From: Octopus sinensis
Lineage: Eukaryota
DNA: 23,410 nt
NCBI RefSeq assembly: GCF_006345805.1
Contig: NW_021836659.1
Location: 1-23,410 of the forward strand
Direction: 5' to 3'
The notes beneath the pieces were generated by a model. It was not told where the DNA came from. It ran no database searches and worked only from the letters and a program-made list of their open reading frames with translations. Below, in pieces: positions 8,264 through 18,474 of this stretch. The first letter of the stretch is position 1; each line of letters opens with the position of its first letter. The position numbers and the translations under genes are program-made.

Positions 8264-8458
8264 AACAATAATAACAACAATGTTTCTAACATAGGCACAA
8301 TGCCCGAAACTTAAGGTGGGGGTGACTACATTGATAAGTACTTTAGTGGTACTTTATCTTAACTGTAAAAGATGGAGGGCTAAGTAGATCTTGGTAGCAT
8401 TTGAACTCAGAATGTAGAACTGGAAGAAAGGCTGTTATGGATTTTGTCCAATGTATTA

Positions 8459-8909
8459 TCTCTATCCGTCTATCATACTCCAACCTACCATTTGACAGCC
8501 ATTTTTCTTGGTTCTTTTCCCTCTCTCAGCTGAGAGGTCTTTGTCTTGCAAGCTAATTGGTAACCCCACTAGTGCTGGTGCCACGCTAAAAGGCACCCGT
8601 ACTGGTTCCACGCTAAAAGGCACCCGTACTGGTTCCACGCTAAAAGGCACCCATACTGGTTCCACATTAAAAAGCACCATACTGGTGTCATGTTAAAAGG
8701 CATCTGTACTGGTGTCATGTGAAAAGCACCCAGTACACTCTGTAGAGTAGTTGGCATTAGGAAGGGCATCCAGTCATAAAAACCAGGAGCTAGCAAGATG
8801 GAAGGCTGCATTAGGTGCAACTGGAGCCTAGTGCAGTCCGCCATCTTGTTAGCTCCAGTCAAACTTTCCAACCCATACAAGCATGGAAAATGGGCATTAA
8901 ATGATGATG
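8459..8909 (+). mobile_element. RTE-tail-sharing repeat (body type 2) with an internal 27-bp tandem array
   Basis: Ends CCAACCCATACAAGCATGGAAAATGGGCATTAAATGATGATG; TSD-like ATGTATTA (8451-8458) / ATGTACTA (8910-8917). Confidence 0.78.
8575..8735 (+). repeat. Six-unit 26-27-bp tandem repeat (CTGGTTCCACGCTAAAAGGCACCCGTA)
   Basis: Units start at 8575, 8602, 8629, 8656, 8682 and 8709, with no spacers. Confidence 0.93.
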
Positions 8910-9084
8910 ATGTACTAACGATTCTGCCTGCTCACCATCTTAATAATAATAATAATAATAATAATAATATAATAATAATAATAATAATGAAAAGTGAAGT
9001 TGACACCAAGTGGGATTTGAACTCAGAATGTAGAGGACATAAAGTGCCTTGTAAGTTCACAACAATAATTTCTCACTTCTGCAC

Positions 9085-9277
9085 AAAGAAAACTATGTGG
9101 TTGCTCAACAGGCTAGAAATTAAGGCTAAATCTCCCTAAAATCACACTGTACAGTCTTGTAAAAATTATTGGCTAATACATTCCTAGGTAGCCCTAAAGA
9201 AGGGTAGTGCAGTGGCCACAACTGGAATACCTTTGATTATAGGACTGCTTCATCAAAATGGACCTGGGGCTAAACAG
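9085..9277 (+). mobile_element. Repeat family D copy
   Basis: ACTATGTGGTTGCTCAACAGGCTAGAAAT...GGACCTGGGGCTAAAC. Confidence 0.65.
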
Positions 9278-9556
9278 GTGCTTCTTTTTTATTACTGAGG
9301 AAGAAGACAGTATTTATGACCCTTTATAGGGTCTCTAGAACTAAATGGGATGGAAGGAAGAAATCCTCCTCAACCAAGCTTAAAACAGACTTGATTCAGC
9401 AAAAAGCAGGCAAGGACCAGGAGATAGTGTTAACTCTTTGCTACTAAGATTTCTATAGAAATAGATTAGAATTTTCCAATTAATTTTGAAAAAAAAATGA
9501 AGTATTTAGTAAGATAACCATTGTCAATGTTAACCTCTTTTGATAGCAACCTGCCT

Positions 9557-9779
9557 TAAGGCAATGAGCTGGCAGAATTGTTAGCATACCAGGCAAAATG
9601 CTAAGCAGCACTTGGTTCGTCTTTATATTCTGGGTTCAAATTACACCATGGTCAACTTTGCCTTTAATTCTTCCAGGGTTGATAAAATAAGTACCAGTTG
9701 AGTACTGGGGTTGGTGTAATTGACTTACTCACCTCTTCCAAAATTACTGGCCTTGTGCCAAAATTTGAAACCAATATTA
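9557..9779 (+). mobile_element. SINE family B copy B4
   Basis: Head AAGGCAATGAGCTGGCAGAATTGTTAGC, B-box GGGTTCAAATT, TTTGCCTTTAATTCTTCCAGGGTTGATAAAATAAGTACCAG. Confidence 0.85.
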
Positions 9780-9927
9780 AACCTACTTGAGATGACCACT
9801 GGTTCTACAATACAAGCTTACTATTTTAAAGTGGTCTAAATAAAAACCTTCCATCGAAACCTCAACACCATTTTAATAATGACACTTTTTCATTATTTTC
9901 AAAATTAATTAAAACAGGGGCAATGTT

Positions 9928-10209
9928 CCATATTTTAACGTGTATAAGGCAATGTCCAAACTTAGATTGGAGCCTGGTGCAGCTACCTCTGGCTTTCCAG
10001 ATCCCAAACTGTCCAACCCATGCCAGCATGGAAAATGGATGTTAAACAATGATGAAAGAATCACAATATATAAAGAACCCCTTAATTTTAGGGGCTTAAA
10101 ATTTGGAAAAAAGGTTTTGTAAGGGATTATAATACTATCCATGTATAAGAAACTCCCATATTCTTTTGAACCTAATTTTTGACAATAAAGGGTTCCTTAT
10201 AAAATATGG
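9928..10209. mobile_element. Tc1/mariner(pogo)-like MITE, interrupted by an RTE tail at ~9960-10056
   Basis: Ends CCATATTTTAACGTGTATAAGG / CCTTATA-AAATATGG (internal deletion in the right TIR), with TA after the right end. The host MITE sequence resumes after 10209. Confidence 0.55.
9960..10056 (+). mobile_element. Short RTE 3'-tail copy
   Basis: GGAGCCTGGTGCAGC...GTCCAACCCATGCCAGCATGGAAAATGGATGTTAAACAATGATG. Confidence 0.8.
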
Positions 10210-10544
10210 TATTTCAGCAGATACATGGTAACAAAAGGGTTCAGTCAGTGCTTGGAACATAATTTAACAAGCAGTTTTAAAGAAAGGTCTCAACTTGGAT
10301 CACTTTAAAACATGAAGCTTGCATTAAAGAACTGTAATTGGTGGTCGTAAGTGGGTTGGCATCAATAGGGTTAAGCTGGTGTTTGTATCATAATTTGACA
10401 TGTAATTTTGATGAAATGTTCTAATCTAGGTGATTTCAAAACAGGCAGTTTGTATCATACAACAAGCTGTGAACTTGGATGAATTGGTTTTCAGAAAAGT
10501 TTTAAACCATACATGTAGGTCACCACAAGATTTGTCAATCCTTT

Positions 10545-10750
10545 CATCTTTTATTTGTTTCACTTATTAGACTGTGGCCATGCCGGAGCACCACCTTGAA
10601 GGATTTAGTTGAACAAATTGACCCCCAGTTCTTTTTTTTCTTTTGAAGTCTGGTACATATTCTATTTGGTCACTTTTGCCAAATTGCCAGGTTATAGGGA
10701 TATAAACAAACCAACACCAGTTGGCAAGCAGTAGTATGGGACAAACACAC

Positions 10751-10752
<2 letters not shown>
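10545..10752 (-). mobile_element. Repeat family C copy
   Basis: Reverse complement of the 19586-19790 type (GACTGTGGCCATGCCGGAGCACCACCTTG...GGGACAAACACAC); flanked by (AT)n at 10753-10842. Confidence 0.7.
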
Positions 10753-10793
<41 letters not shown>

Positions 10794-11198
10794 TATAATA
10801 TATATATATATATTATTATATATATATAATGTATGTATATATAAGTTTTAAGAAATGATTTCAGCAATTTCTGAAGTTTAATCGGAATTTTTATTTGCTG
10901 CCGATTGAATCTGCGTTTGCGTGGAAGATTTGAAAAATAATATTTAAGGATGAGGCATGTGTTATTTGGTCTCTAATTTATATGTTAATGTTTTGGCGTA
11001 TCTGCTGATGAGAACTCTGAGGTCCGGCTGTAAAATATGGTAATTGTTTTTATTTTCCATTCCCTTCGAAATTGCTCTTAACTGTGGTTTGGACTTTTTG
11101 ACTGTTCTTTCTAATATGTTAGGCAACTTGTTAAGGCTTGCCTCTTTGTGTTTAGATGTGTGTGTGTGTGTATGTATATATATATACATACACACACA

Positions 11199-11345
11199 TT
11201 AGTTTCCGGCTATCAAATCCACTCGCAAGGCTTTGACCAGCCCAGGGCTATAGTAGAAGATACTTATCTAAGGTGGCATGCAATGGAACTGAACCCAGAA
11301 CCATGAGGTTGGAAAACAAACTTCTTACCACACACCCATACCTAC
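11199..11345 (-). mobile_element. SINE family A copy A4
   Basis: AGTTTCCG..ATCAAATCCACTCGCAAGGCTTTG...GGAACTGAACCC...CTTCTTACCACAC. Confidence 0.82.
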
Positions 11346-12029
11346 CCAATTTTTTTTTAAATACTAATTTTCAAATTTAAATAATCACAAAAGAACCAAA
11401 AAATAAAAGATATTTTAGGGAATTGGAAATAGGAAGTTGTGATGTTTTTGCTTTAACATGAGCAAATGGAAACAAAGTCTTAGACAGACCCAGATCATCA
11501 GAACAGCTAATTAAATAGAACTGGTGAAGGACTGATGTATTCAAAGATTAAAAACAGCAGTTATGGAATAAGTAATTGTAGCAGCAGCGACAGCAGTTCT
11601 GCTACACAGTTCATTCCTAACATATTTCGTATACAAACAACAGTCTAGCTAAACAGGAAGTCTCTTTGTGGTCACATAACCTGCTAGAAATAACAGTCAG
11701 ATTCTCTATGTTAAAACACCCTTTAAAAAGAAGAAAAAAACCAAAAAACAATCAGGGTTTCTGTCACAGCAGTATCACCTCCTCTCTAATCAATTTGACC
11801 AGCTGTGACTGTGTATCTTGGGTAGACAGCAGACTGGGGTTAAACACAACAAAAATAGTAAATTTATTTTCAGCAATTCACTGTGTTTCTGAATACAAAA
11901 AGACTGATTTACTTTTGTTAAAATCTAGTTTGTGCTCATAAAAATTCCATCAGTGACAAATATTCAGCTTTTATAGTTAAACTACTTGTGGTAAACTCTA
12001 TTGAAAGTGACTGGCTGAAACAAAATACA

Positions 12030-12200
12030 CACACACACAAGCTTCTTTCAGTTTCTGTGTAACAAAAACCATTCACAATACTTAGACCAGCCTGGGGTTG
12101 TAGGGGATGGCAGCAAGACATCTTGGTTAAGTAGGTTTTACTGCAGCCCTGGGTCAACCAAAACCTTGTGAGTGAATTTTGTAGACGGAAACAATGTATG
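12030..12200. mobile_element. Two inverted 3' halves of SINE family A
   Basis: AGCTTCTTTCAGTTTC... (minus, ~12030-12100) and CCAAAACCTTGTGAGTGAATTTTGTAGACGGAAAC (plus, ~12130-12200). Confidence 0.6.
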
Positions 12201-12480
12201 TACCATATCTGTGTTTGTTCATGTGGTGTGTGTGCATGCATGCGTATGCTGACCAACCATGAGAAACAACAAAAGAAGCAGAGTTCAATATTGTTTCCTA
12301 ATTAATGTTGCCATGTGCACCAGGCTTTCAACCGTCAAATTATTAGAAGAGAAACTTAAAGTCCTGAATGTGAGTCTCTATACCTGTACCGTTTATTAGA
12401 TGTACAATTTTTAAATCGGCAGAAAATTATAAAATTGACTCAAGGCCCATGAGTTTCATGCCAATTTAATAATAGTAAAG

Positions 12481-12530
12481 TGTGTCTGTGTATACACACA
12501 CGTGTATGTATGTATGTGTGTGTATATATA

Positions 12531-12600
<70 letters not shown>
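12481..12600. repeat. (TG)/(AT)/(AC) compound microsatellite
   Basis: Directly visible. Confidence 0.95.
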
Positions 12601-12601
<1 letters not shown>

Positions 12602-13417
12602 CTACCTCTAACTCTCTCCTTCATATTGTCTATCTGGATGTTTTGTTGTTCTTTTTTGTATCACCTAACTGTCTGGATGTTTTGTATTCTTGATGATGAT
12701 GATGATGATATATATAGTGGCGTATGTACACTTTGGTCTCTTATATGTAAGTATATATTTATCTAAATCTTGTCCCACTATTCTTTCTTTTATTCTTTCT
12801 TTCTTTCTATCAGCCCTTTCACGCTTATTTCTTTCATTCCATTCTTCGTTCTTTTGTTCTCCCCTCTCTCATATTTCCTTGCCTTCTCTTCTTGCTCACT
12901 TTCCAACCTCTTTTCACTTCACTGTGTCCCTGTCATTTTTTCTTCTCGCCCCTCCTTAATTCTGTCCCTCTACCTCTTCTCTACCCAGATGACCAATGTT
13001 TGACCAAGCCTGATCTTTCTTTCTTGGTTCGGCCATCATCCATGCAACATCTATATTCCTCTCTGTGCCTGTGAAATCTTGTATCCCTGCTGTAAGGCTT
13101 TATTTCCACACATGCCAGCTTAATTTAATTCAGCCTTAGTCGAAAGACATCTGTTGTTATGTCCTGTTATTTGTATTTGTGTAACATTCTATGTTTTTTT
13201 TGTATACATTCGCTGCTTTCTTGCAAGGAATCTAATGCTCTTAACTTAGTTTCTCCTTGGGGCTGACCAGATTGGAGCAATCTCGAGAATAACCAGCCAA
13301 AATTGCAAAGATAATCTGGAACTCAACTGAGGAAAGAAAACTCCGAATGACCTGTCCTTGTTTTCTTTGTATCGTCTATCTGGATGTTTTGCATTTTTGT
13401 CCCATTTTGTATTTTAC
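12602..13417 (+). mobile_element. Putative repeat with terminal direct repeats (possibly Penelope-derived)
   Basis: GTCTATCTGGATGTTTTG is identical at 12628-12645 and 13374-13391, with a partial third copy at 12671-12684. Only one copy of the element is in the window. Confidence 0.4.
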
Positions 13418-13422
13418 ACATG

Positions 13423-13455
<33 letters not shown>

Positions 13456-13895
13456 TATATGTATGTATATATGAATGGCAGTGCCCCAGCATGGCCACAG
13501 CTCGTGAGCTGAAACTCGATAAAATATATAAATATAAAATATATGTATATATAAATAAAAGGTCGCTAGAATTTTGGAAAAAAATCTTTTTATTTATTCA
13601 TTATTATTAGCGTTTTTATTCATTTCTCCAGCCTGTCAAATAGAATTCTATTTGACAAGTTCAAGAAACAAATGAAAGCTCTAACAAATAAAAGAATTTT
13701 TTCCCCAAAAATTCTGGTGACCTTTTTTCTCAATATTCAATATCTGTATACCACACCTAACACTCTCTCTATATATATATATATATATATACATACACTC
13801 ATGTACTGAATTCTATTTCTGTTTGACCATACCAAGTCTACGAGAGAGAGAGAGAGAGAGAGCTCTTGCATGCCACCTTAATAATAATAATAATA

Positions 13896-14120
13896 ATCCT
13901 TTCTACTAAAAGCACAAGGGTTGAAATTTGGGGGGAGGGGAAAAATCGATTAGACCCCCCCCCCCCCGCAATATTATAATAACTGGTACTAAATTTATTG
14001 ACCCTGAAAGAATGAAAGGCAAAGTTGACCTCGGCAGAATTTGAACTCAGAATGTAGAGACAGACAAAATGCTGTTAAACATCTTGTCTGATGTGCTCAC
14101 CATTCTGCCAGCTTACCACC
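13896..14120 (-). mobile_element. SINE family B copy B5
   Basis: (AAT)n tail, GAAAGAATGAAAGGCAAAGTTGACCTCGGCAGAATTTGAACTCAGAA, head CATTCTGCCAGCT. Confidence 0.85.
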
Positions 14121-14166
14121 CAACAAGAACTAAGCATGCTAACAATAAACAGAACATCAGTCTAAC

Positions 14167-14373
14167 AAGAGAAACCTCTACATGGTTGTTAGACTTGTTG
14201 CAAATAGCAGCCAAAATTTCCTCAAATCACATCCTACTAAGAAGATTTGAAGGTACTAGATGGAGTAGTTTCAGATGCACTATATATAAATGGGGACAGG
14301 GTAGGATGGTCACCGATAGGTTTTTTTGTAATAGGTCTACAGGATCACGGTTGACAAGGGACTAAACAATAAC
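14167..14373 (+). mobile_element. Repeat family D copy
   Basis: AACCTCTACATGGTTG...AAATAGCAGCCAAA..TCAAATCAC...GGGACTAAACAATAAC. Confidence 0.65.
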
Positions 14374-14880
14374 TTATTGCAACTTATTTCTCTCTCTCTC
14401 TCTTACAGTGTTGCTTTATCTCACCACCACCCTATCTTATACACACTGACATTTTGTGTTGTAGAAATGTTTATAGCCATTCCTACCAGGAAGAACTTTT
14501 ATATGCCATTAGTATTCAACTAACTAAAGGACTTAGTGTTTCCACAAAATTCAGATACAATGACAATATCATAGCAAAGTTAACCAAATGACCTGTCAGT
14601 GCTTCAATGAGTTTCTATTTCAATTGGGCACTCTAATTATTGTAGCAGCTAACAATACAAGGCTTTCTTCAGCCCTCTTGTTGCCATATTTCATTTAAAC
14701 TACACTGCTTTGTTTCAATAAATTTGAACAAAGAACTAACAGCAGTCTCAAGTGGAGACTGGGGTTATCAGAAAGGCTAATCCCATACCAATATGGCTAA
14801 AAGAATACAATAACAATACAAGTATTAAACTGGTGTTGAAGATTAAATGATTTGAAGGAATCAGTATATGGTACTTTCTT

Positions 14881-15255
14881 CATTATCTTCGTTTAATGTC
14901 TGTTTTCCATGTTAGCATGGGTTGGATGGTTTGACAGAATCTGGCCAACTGTAGGGCTGTGCCAAGCACCAGTATCAGCTTTGGTATGGTTTCTAACACT
15001 GGATGTCTTTCCTGATGCCAACCACTTTACAGTGTGTACTGGGTGCTATTTTTGTTTTATGCAACTGGCACTAGTGAGGTTGCCAAGTAAGTTGCAAGAC
15101 AGAAATGAAGAGAAAGAGAAAAGCCCTCATGAAAAAGTGGGGACGAGAGTGTTAGGAAGGGAGAGGTGGCGTTAAGCTAGGTGCTGAGAGACTCAAGTAT
15201 GACAGGGCAACATGGAGAGGTGTTTTGCTATAGAGGAGGTACACAGCTCCCCTAC
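14881..15255 (-). mobile_element. RTE-tail-sharing repeat, body type 2
   Basis: TTTAATGTCTGTTTTCCATGTTAGCATGGGTTGGATGG...CTGGATGTCTTTCC..GCCAACCACT plus a body shared with 4893-5235. Confidence 0.75.
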
Positions 15256-15430
15256 ATTAGTAATAGGGAAAGCTTTCAACAAAAAAAAAAACAAACCAGT
15301 GACATTCTGAGGTTAAAATATCACTAATTAAATTTCGTTGTTCACCACTGATTTTATAGTACCAGTAATACAATAGGGCCCAATTCAATCAGCAACAGCA
15401 AAACCCTCACCTATCCAACTTCAAAAGATA

Positions 15431-15638
15431 TCATTTACCATCCATTTTCCATGCTGGCATGGGTTGGACAGTTTGACAGGAGCAGGCAAGCTGGAGGGCT
15501 GCACCAGGCTCCAACTGTCTGTTTTGACATGGTTTCTATGGCGGGATGCCCTTCCTAAATGCCAACCACTTTACAGAGTGTAGTGAGTGCTTCCTATGTG
15601 GCACCAACACAAGGGCTTTTTACGTGGCACCAGCATTC
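15431..15638 (-). mobile_element. RTE-tail-sharing repeat
   Basis: TTTTCCATGCTGGCATGGGTTGGACAG...GGATGCCCTTCC...TTTTTACGTGGCACCAGC. Confidence 0.8.
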
Positions 15639-16009
15639 ACGTGCTTAATAAAAAAACAAACAACTTAATATTTGACACACATAGTTATAACAAAAAACCA
15701 AAAGCAAGCTTTCAATAAACTCTTAATAGCAACCCCGTTGAGACCTGGTGGTGGAGGGGGGGTGTCATCTAAAGAATACACTCATTTTCAATTTGAATAA
15801 AAACCATTCATCACAATTTTTGTGTAAGAACCTTTTAGGTTACAAACGCTATATTTCAAACACTAACTTAATGAAGAAGGCTACAGGATACTGCAGCAGA
15901 AAAACCTCCCATATTTTAGATGGCCATTGGTCAGGCACTGGTGAAGGTAAGCAAGTGATAGCAGTGTCTTCCAGTACCTAATATTTTATCATTTTTGCTA
16001 TTAAGTTAC

Positions 16010-16064
16010 CATTGTGGTTTGGACTGATACACATCACATGTTTGGTGTTAAAACATTTGTCAAT
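16010..16064 (-). CDS. Candidate 55-nt exon (IDKCFNTKHVMCISPNHN-)
   Basis: Perfect TACTAAC branch point (16104-16110), acceptor TTTTTACAG, donor AATG|GTAACT, open frame with phase 0 to phase 1. Confidence 0.3.
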
Positions 16065-16276
16065 CTGTAAAAATGTGCAAGGGTTTTTTGCTGCCCCATG
16101 TAGGTTAGTAAATCTGTCCAGGTTTGATTACATTCAAAGTTGTGTTTATCAATTTCATAAATGTGCGCTTCAGAATATCTTGATGTAATGTCTCTCAAGA
16201 AATCTGCACAGCAAACATTTTGGTGAGAGAGAGTGAAAGTAATAGGGAGAGAGAGAGAGTGAGTGAGTGAGGAAGT

Positions 16277-16600
16277 GAGCACAAGTGAGTGAATGAGAGA
16301 GAGAGAGCACAAGTGAGAGAGAGAGCACGAGTGAGAGAGAGAGCACGAGCCAGAGAGAGAGAGCACGAGTCAGAGAGAGAGAGCACGAGTCAGAGAGAGA
16401 GAGCACGAGTCAGAGAGAGAGAGCACGAGTCAGAGAGAGAGAGCACGAGTCAGAGAGAGAGAGCACGAGTCAGAGAGAGAGAGCACGAGTGAGTGAGAGA
16501 GCGCACGAGTGAGAGAGAGAGAGAGCACGAGTGAGTGAGAGAGAGTGAAATAGAGAGCATGTGAGTGAGAGTGTGAGCATGAGTGAAAGACTGAGCACAA
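16277..16600. repeat. 20-bp minisatellite (CAGAGAGAGAGAGCACGAGT) within GA-rich sequence
   Basis: Seven perfect units at 16351-16490 with degenerate units on both sides. Confidence 0.95.
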
Positions 16601-16862
16601 GTGAGAGAGTGTAAAGGAGAGAGAGAGAGATAGCATGAAGGAGAGAGAAGTGGGTGGGTTTATTTAAAAAGCATTTTATTTCAATTATTAAATCTAGGCC
16701 AAAAGTTTCGAGCAAATGACAGCTTACACACCCACACACACTGTCTGGTCAAATCTCCTTCCTGCTCCACTGCTAGAATGAGGTGCCACTTGGCAGAACT
16801 AAAACTCTTCCCAACCATATCTTTTCAGGTTCAGTCTCACAGTGGTATCAGCAGCAGCAGCA

Positions 16863-17110
16863 TTGTAACATCCACTTTTCCAATGTTTGTATGGGTTGGG
16901 CGGAATTTGGTGAAGCTGATTTTTCTCAGGTCAGATGCCCTTCCTGTTGCTAACTCTTATCTGTTTCCAAGCAAGGTAATATTTCCCCCAAAGGCCAGAC
17001 ATGTTTTCACAGGACATTGGAAATGAAGGACACTGCTTACATAACAGTGACACTTGTTTACAACTATCACACAAAGTCAAAGCAAGAGGACGACAACACA
17101 CACACACAAG
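16863..17110 (-). mobile_element. RTE-tail-related repeat, body type 3
   Basis: TAACATCCACTTTTCCAATGTTTGTATGGGTTGG...GATGCCCTTCCTGTTGC...; aligns with 4598-4800. Confidence 0.68.
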
Positions 17111-17857
17111 TTCTCATTGGTTCCAATTTTTTTTCTCTCTTCAAAATTCACCATCAATGTTACCCTTCATTTTCTAGTGTCTTCCCCACACACTTTAAAT
17201 ATTATACATGAATTTCCAATCTATCTTTATCTATCCCACTTCTTTTTATGATACTTTCACTCTCTTCCACCTATCTCAGCATAGCCACTGAGAGAGAGAG
17301 AGATGGGATCATTGTAAATTACTTGGCCTTTTACATACAGAGATTGTACGCATTAATGTATTTTTTAAGACATCTGGATTTGATTAGGGGAAGAATTAGT
17401 TACTTTTTAAAAGCTAATTGGCGGTGGTGGTTGGTGAAGCAAGTTGTTCCCATAGCAGGATATATTTGGTTATACTTTTGTTCCCAGCTGACCACATGAA
17501 CAAATATTATAGTCTTGAGATAAAGGTAACAAGCATCACCAACACCAAACACACTTAGAACCCACAAACCAATCATGTTACCTATTGATGAAGTGCTTGC
17601 TCAACTTGCTAAAAATAGCAGGCAAACCTCCTTCAAATACTAACCAAAACAAAAAAAATATATTAAAAAGCAAAAAAGTGTTCAATAATTTTAGTTACAG
17701 CTGTGTCTGCAAGAGATGGTCACAACTGGAAAGCCTTTTGATGATAGCTAAACAACAACACTATAACTCTGCATTTTATCACTGAGTAAATTCTAGAAAA
17801 CTGTCATGTGATGTCCAGACAAGGAGACACAAGCACTCATTCACATTCACTCACACT

Positions 17858-17891
<34 letters not shown>

Positions 17892-17902
17892 AAAACACAA
17901 AT

Positions 17903-18057
17903 GGGCTTCTTTCAGTTTCCACCAACCAAATCTACTCACAAAGTTTTGGTCAACTTGAAGCTGTAGCAGAAGACACTTGCCCAAGGCGCTACACTGTGGG
18001 ACTGAACCCATGAATCCAGAACCATGTGGTTGAGAAGCAAGCTTCTTACCACAGAGC
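17903..18057 (-). mobile_element. SINE family A copy A6
   Basis: GGGCTTCTTTCAGTTTCC...GAAGACACTTGCCCAAGG...GGGACTGAACCC...GCTTCTTACCAC. Confidence 0.85.
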
Positions 18058-18237
18058 TGGTAAATATCAAAAAACAACTAGAAGAAGTGAAGAGATTTCA
18101 AACTGCAATTTTTTTCCACCATATTACAGGCAACAACAACCAACAAGCAAATGAGACAGGACTGGGTTTCTCAGCTTGCTAGAAATAGCAGCCAAATATT
18201 CCTCAAATCACATTCTACTGAAATAAAAGAAATCCTT

Positions 18238-18394
18238 GTGTGGTAAGAAGTTTGCTTCCCAACTATATGGTGTGGTTCAAGGCTCACCAAAGCTTTGTGC
18301 TTGGTAGACAGAAACAAAGAACTCTGTGTGGCACCTTGGTCAAGTGTCTTCTATAGCTTTGGAGTGATTTGGTAGACGGAAACTGAAAGAAGCC
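18238..18394 (+). mobile_element. SINE family A copy A7, internally rearranged
   Basis: Order is head, extra tail piece (18287-18321), core, tail. Confidence 0.75.
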
Positions 18395-18474
18395 GATAGT
18401 GTATCTCTTATGATAAAAGGCAGATTTTCTCTGCCTCTGACATAGTTTGTTTTTAATACAATTGTACAATATAG

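Larger units (their letters stand above)
8281..8941 (-). mobile_element. SINE family B copy B2, split by the 8459-8909 insertion
   Basis: Body 8281-8458; the head resumes at 8910-8941 (CTAACGATTCTGCCTGCTCACCATCTT). Confidence 0.65.
9430..10505. mobile_element. Nested piggyBac-like MITE cluster (second family)
   Basis: An outer copy (TTAA 9430 to TTAA 10371) is split at an internal TTAA by an opposite-orientation inner copy (TTAA 9530 to AAAGGG-TTCA 10243). A repeated second half follows at 10375-10505. Confidence 0.65.

Noticed and set aside
8575-8735. CRISPR-like appearance of the 27-bp repeats (also the 96-bp and 20-bp repeats)
   Set aside because: Head-to-tail tandem units with no unique spacers, no cas genes, and a eukaryotic context.
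16034-16739. ERARVRE- and LSLS-rich ORFs
   Set aside because: Translations of the GA-rich minisatellite.
7961-17525. Rival plus-strand exon candidates (7961-7997 VLEKLATAIVKK; 12324-12369 LSTVKLLEEKLKVLN; 15839-15946; 17488-17525 DHMNKYYSLEIK)
   Set aside because: Only the last two are phase-compatible, one overlaps a minus-strand candidate, and no homology is recognised. Not excluded, but not supportable without RNA data.
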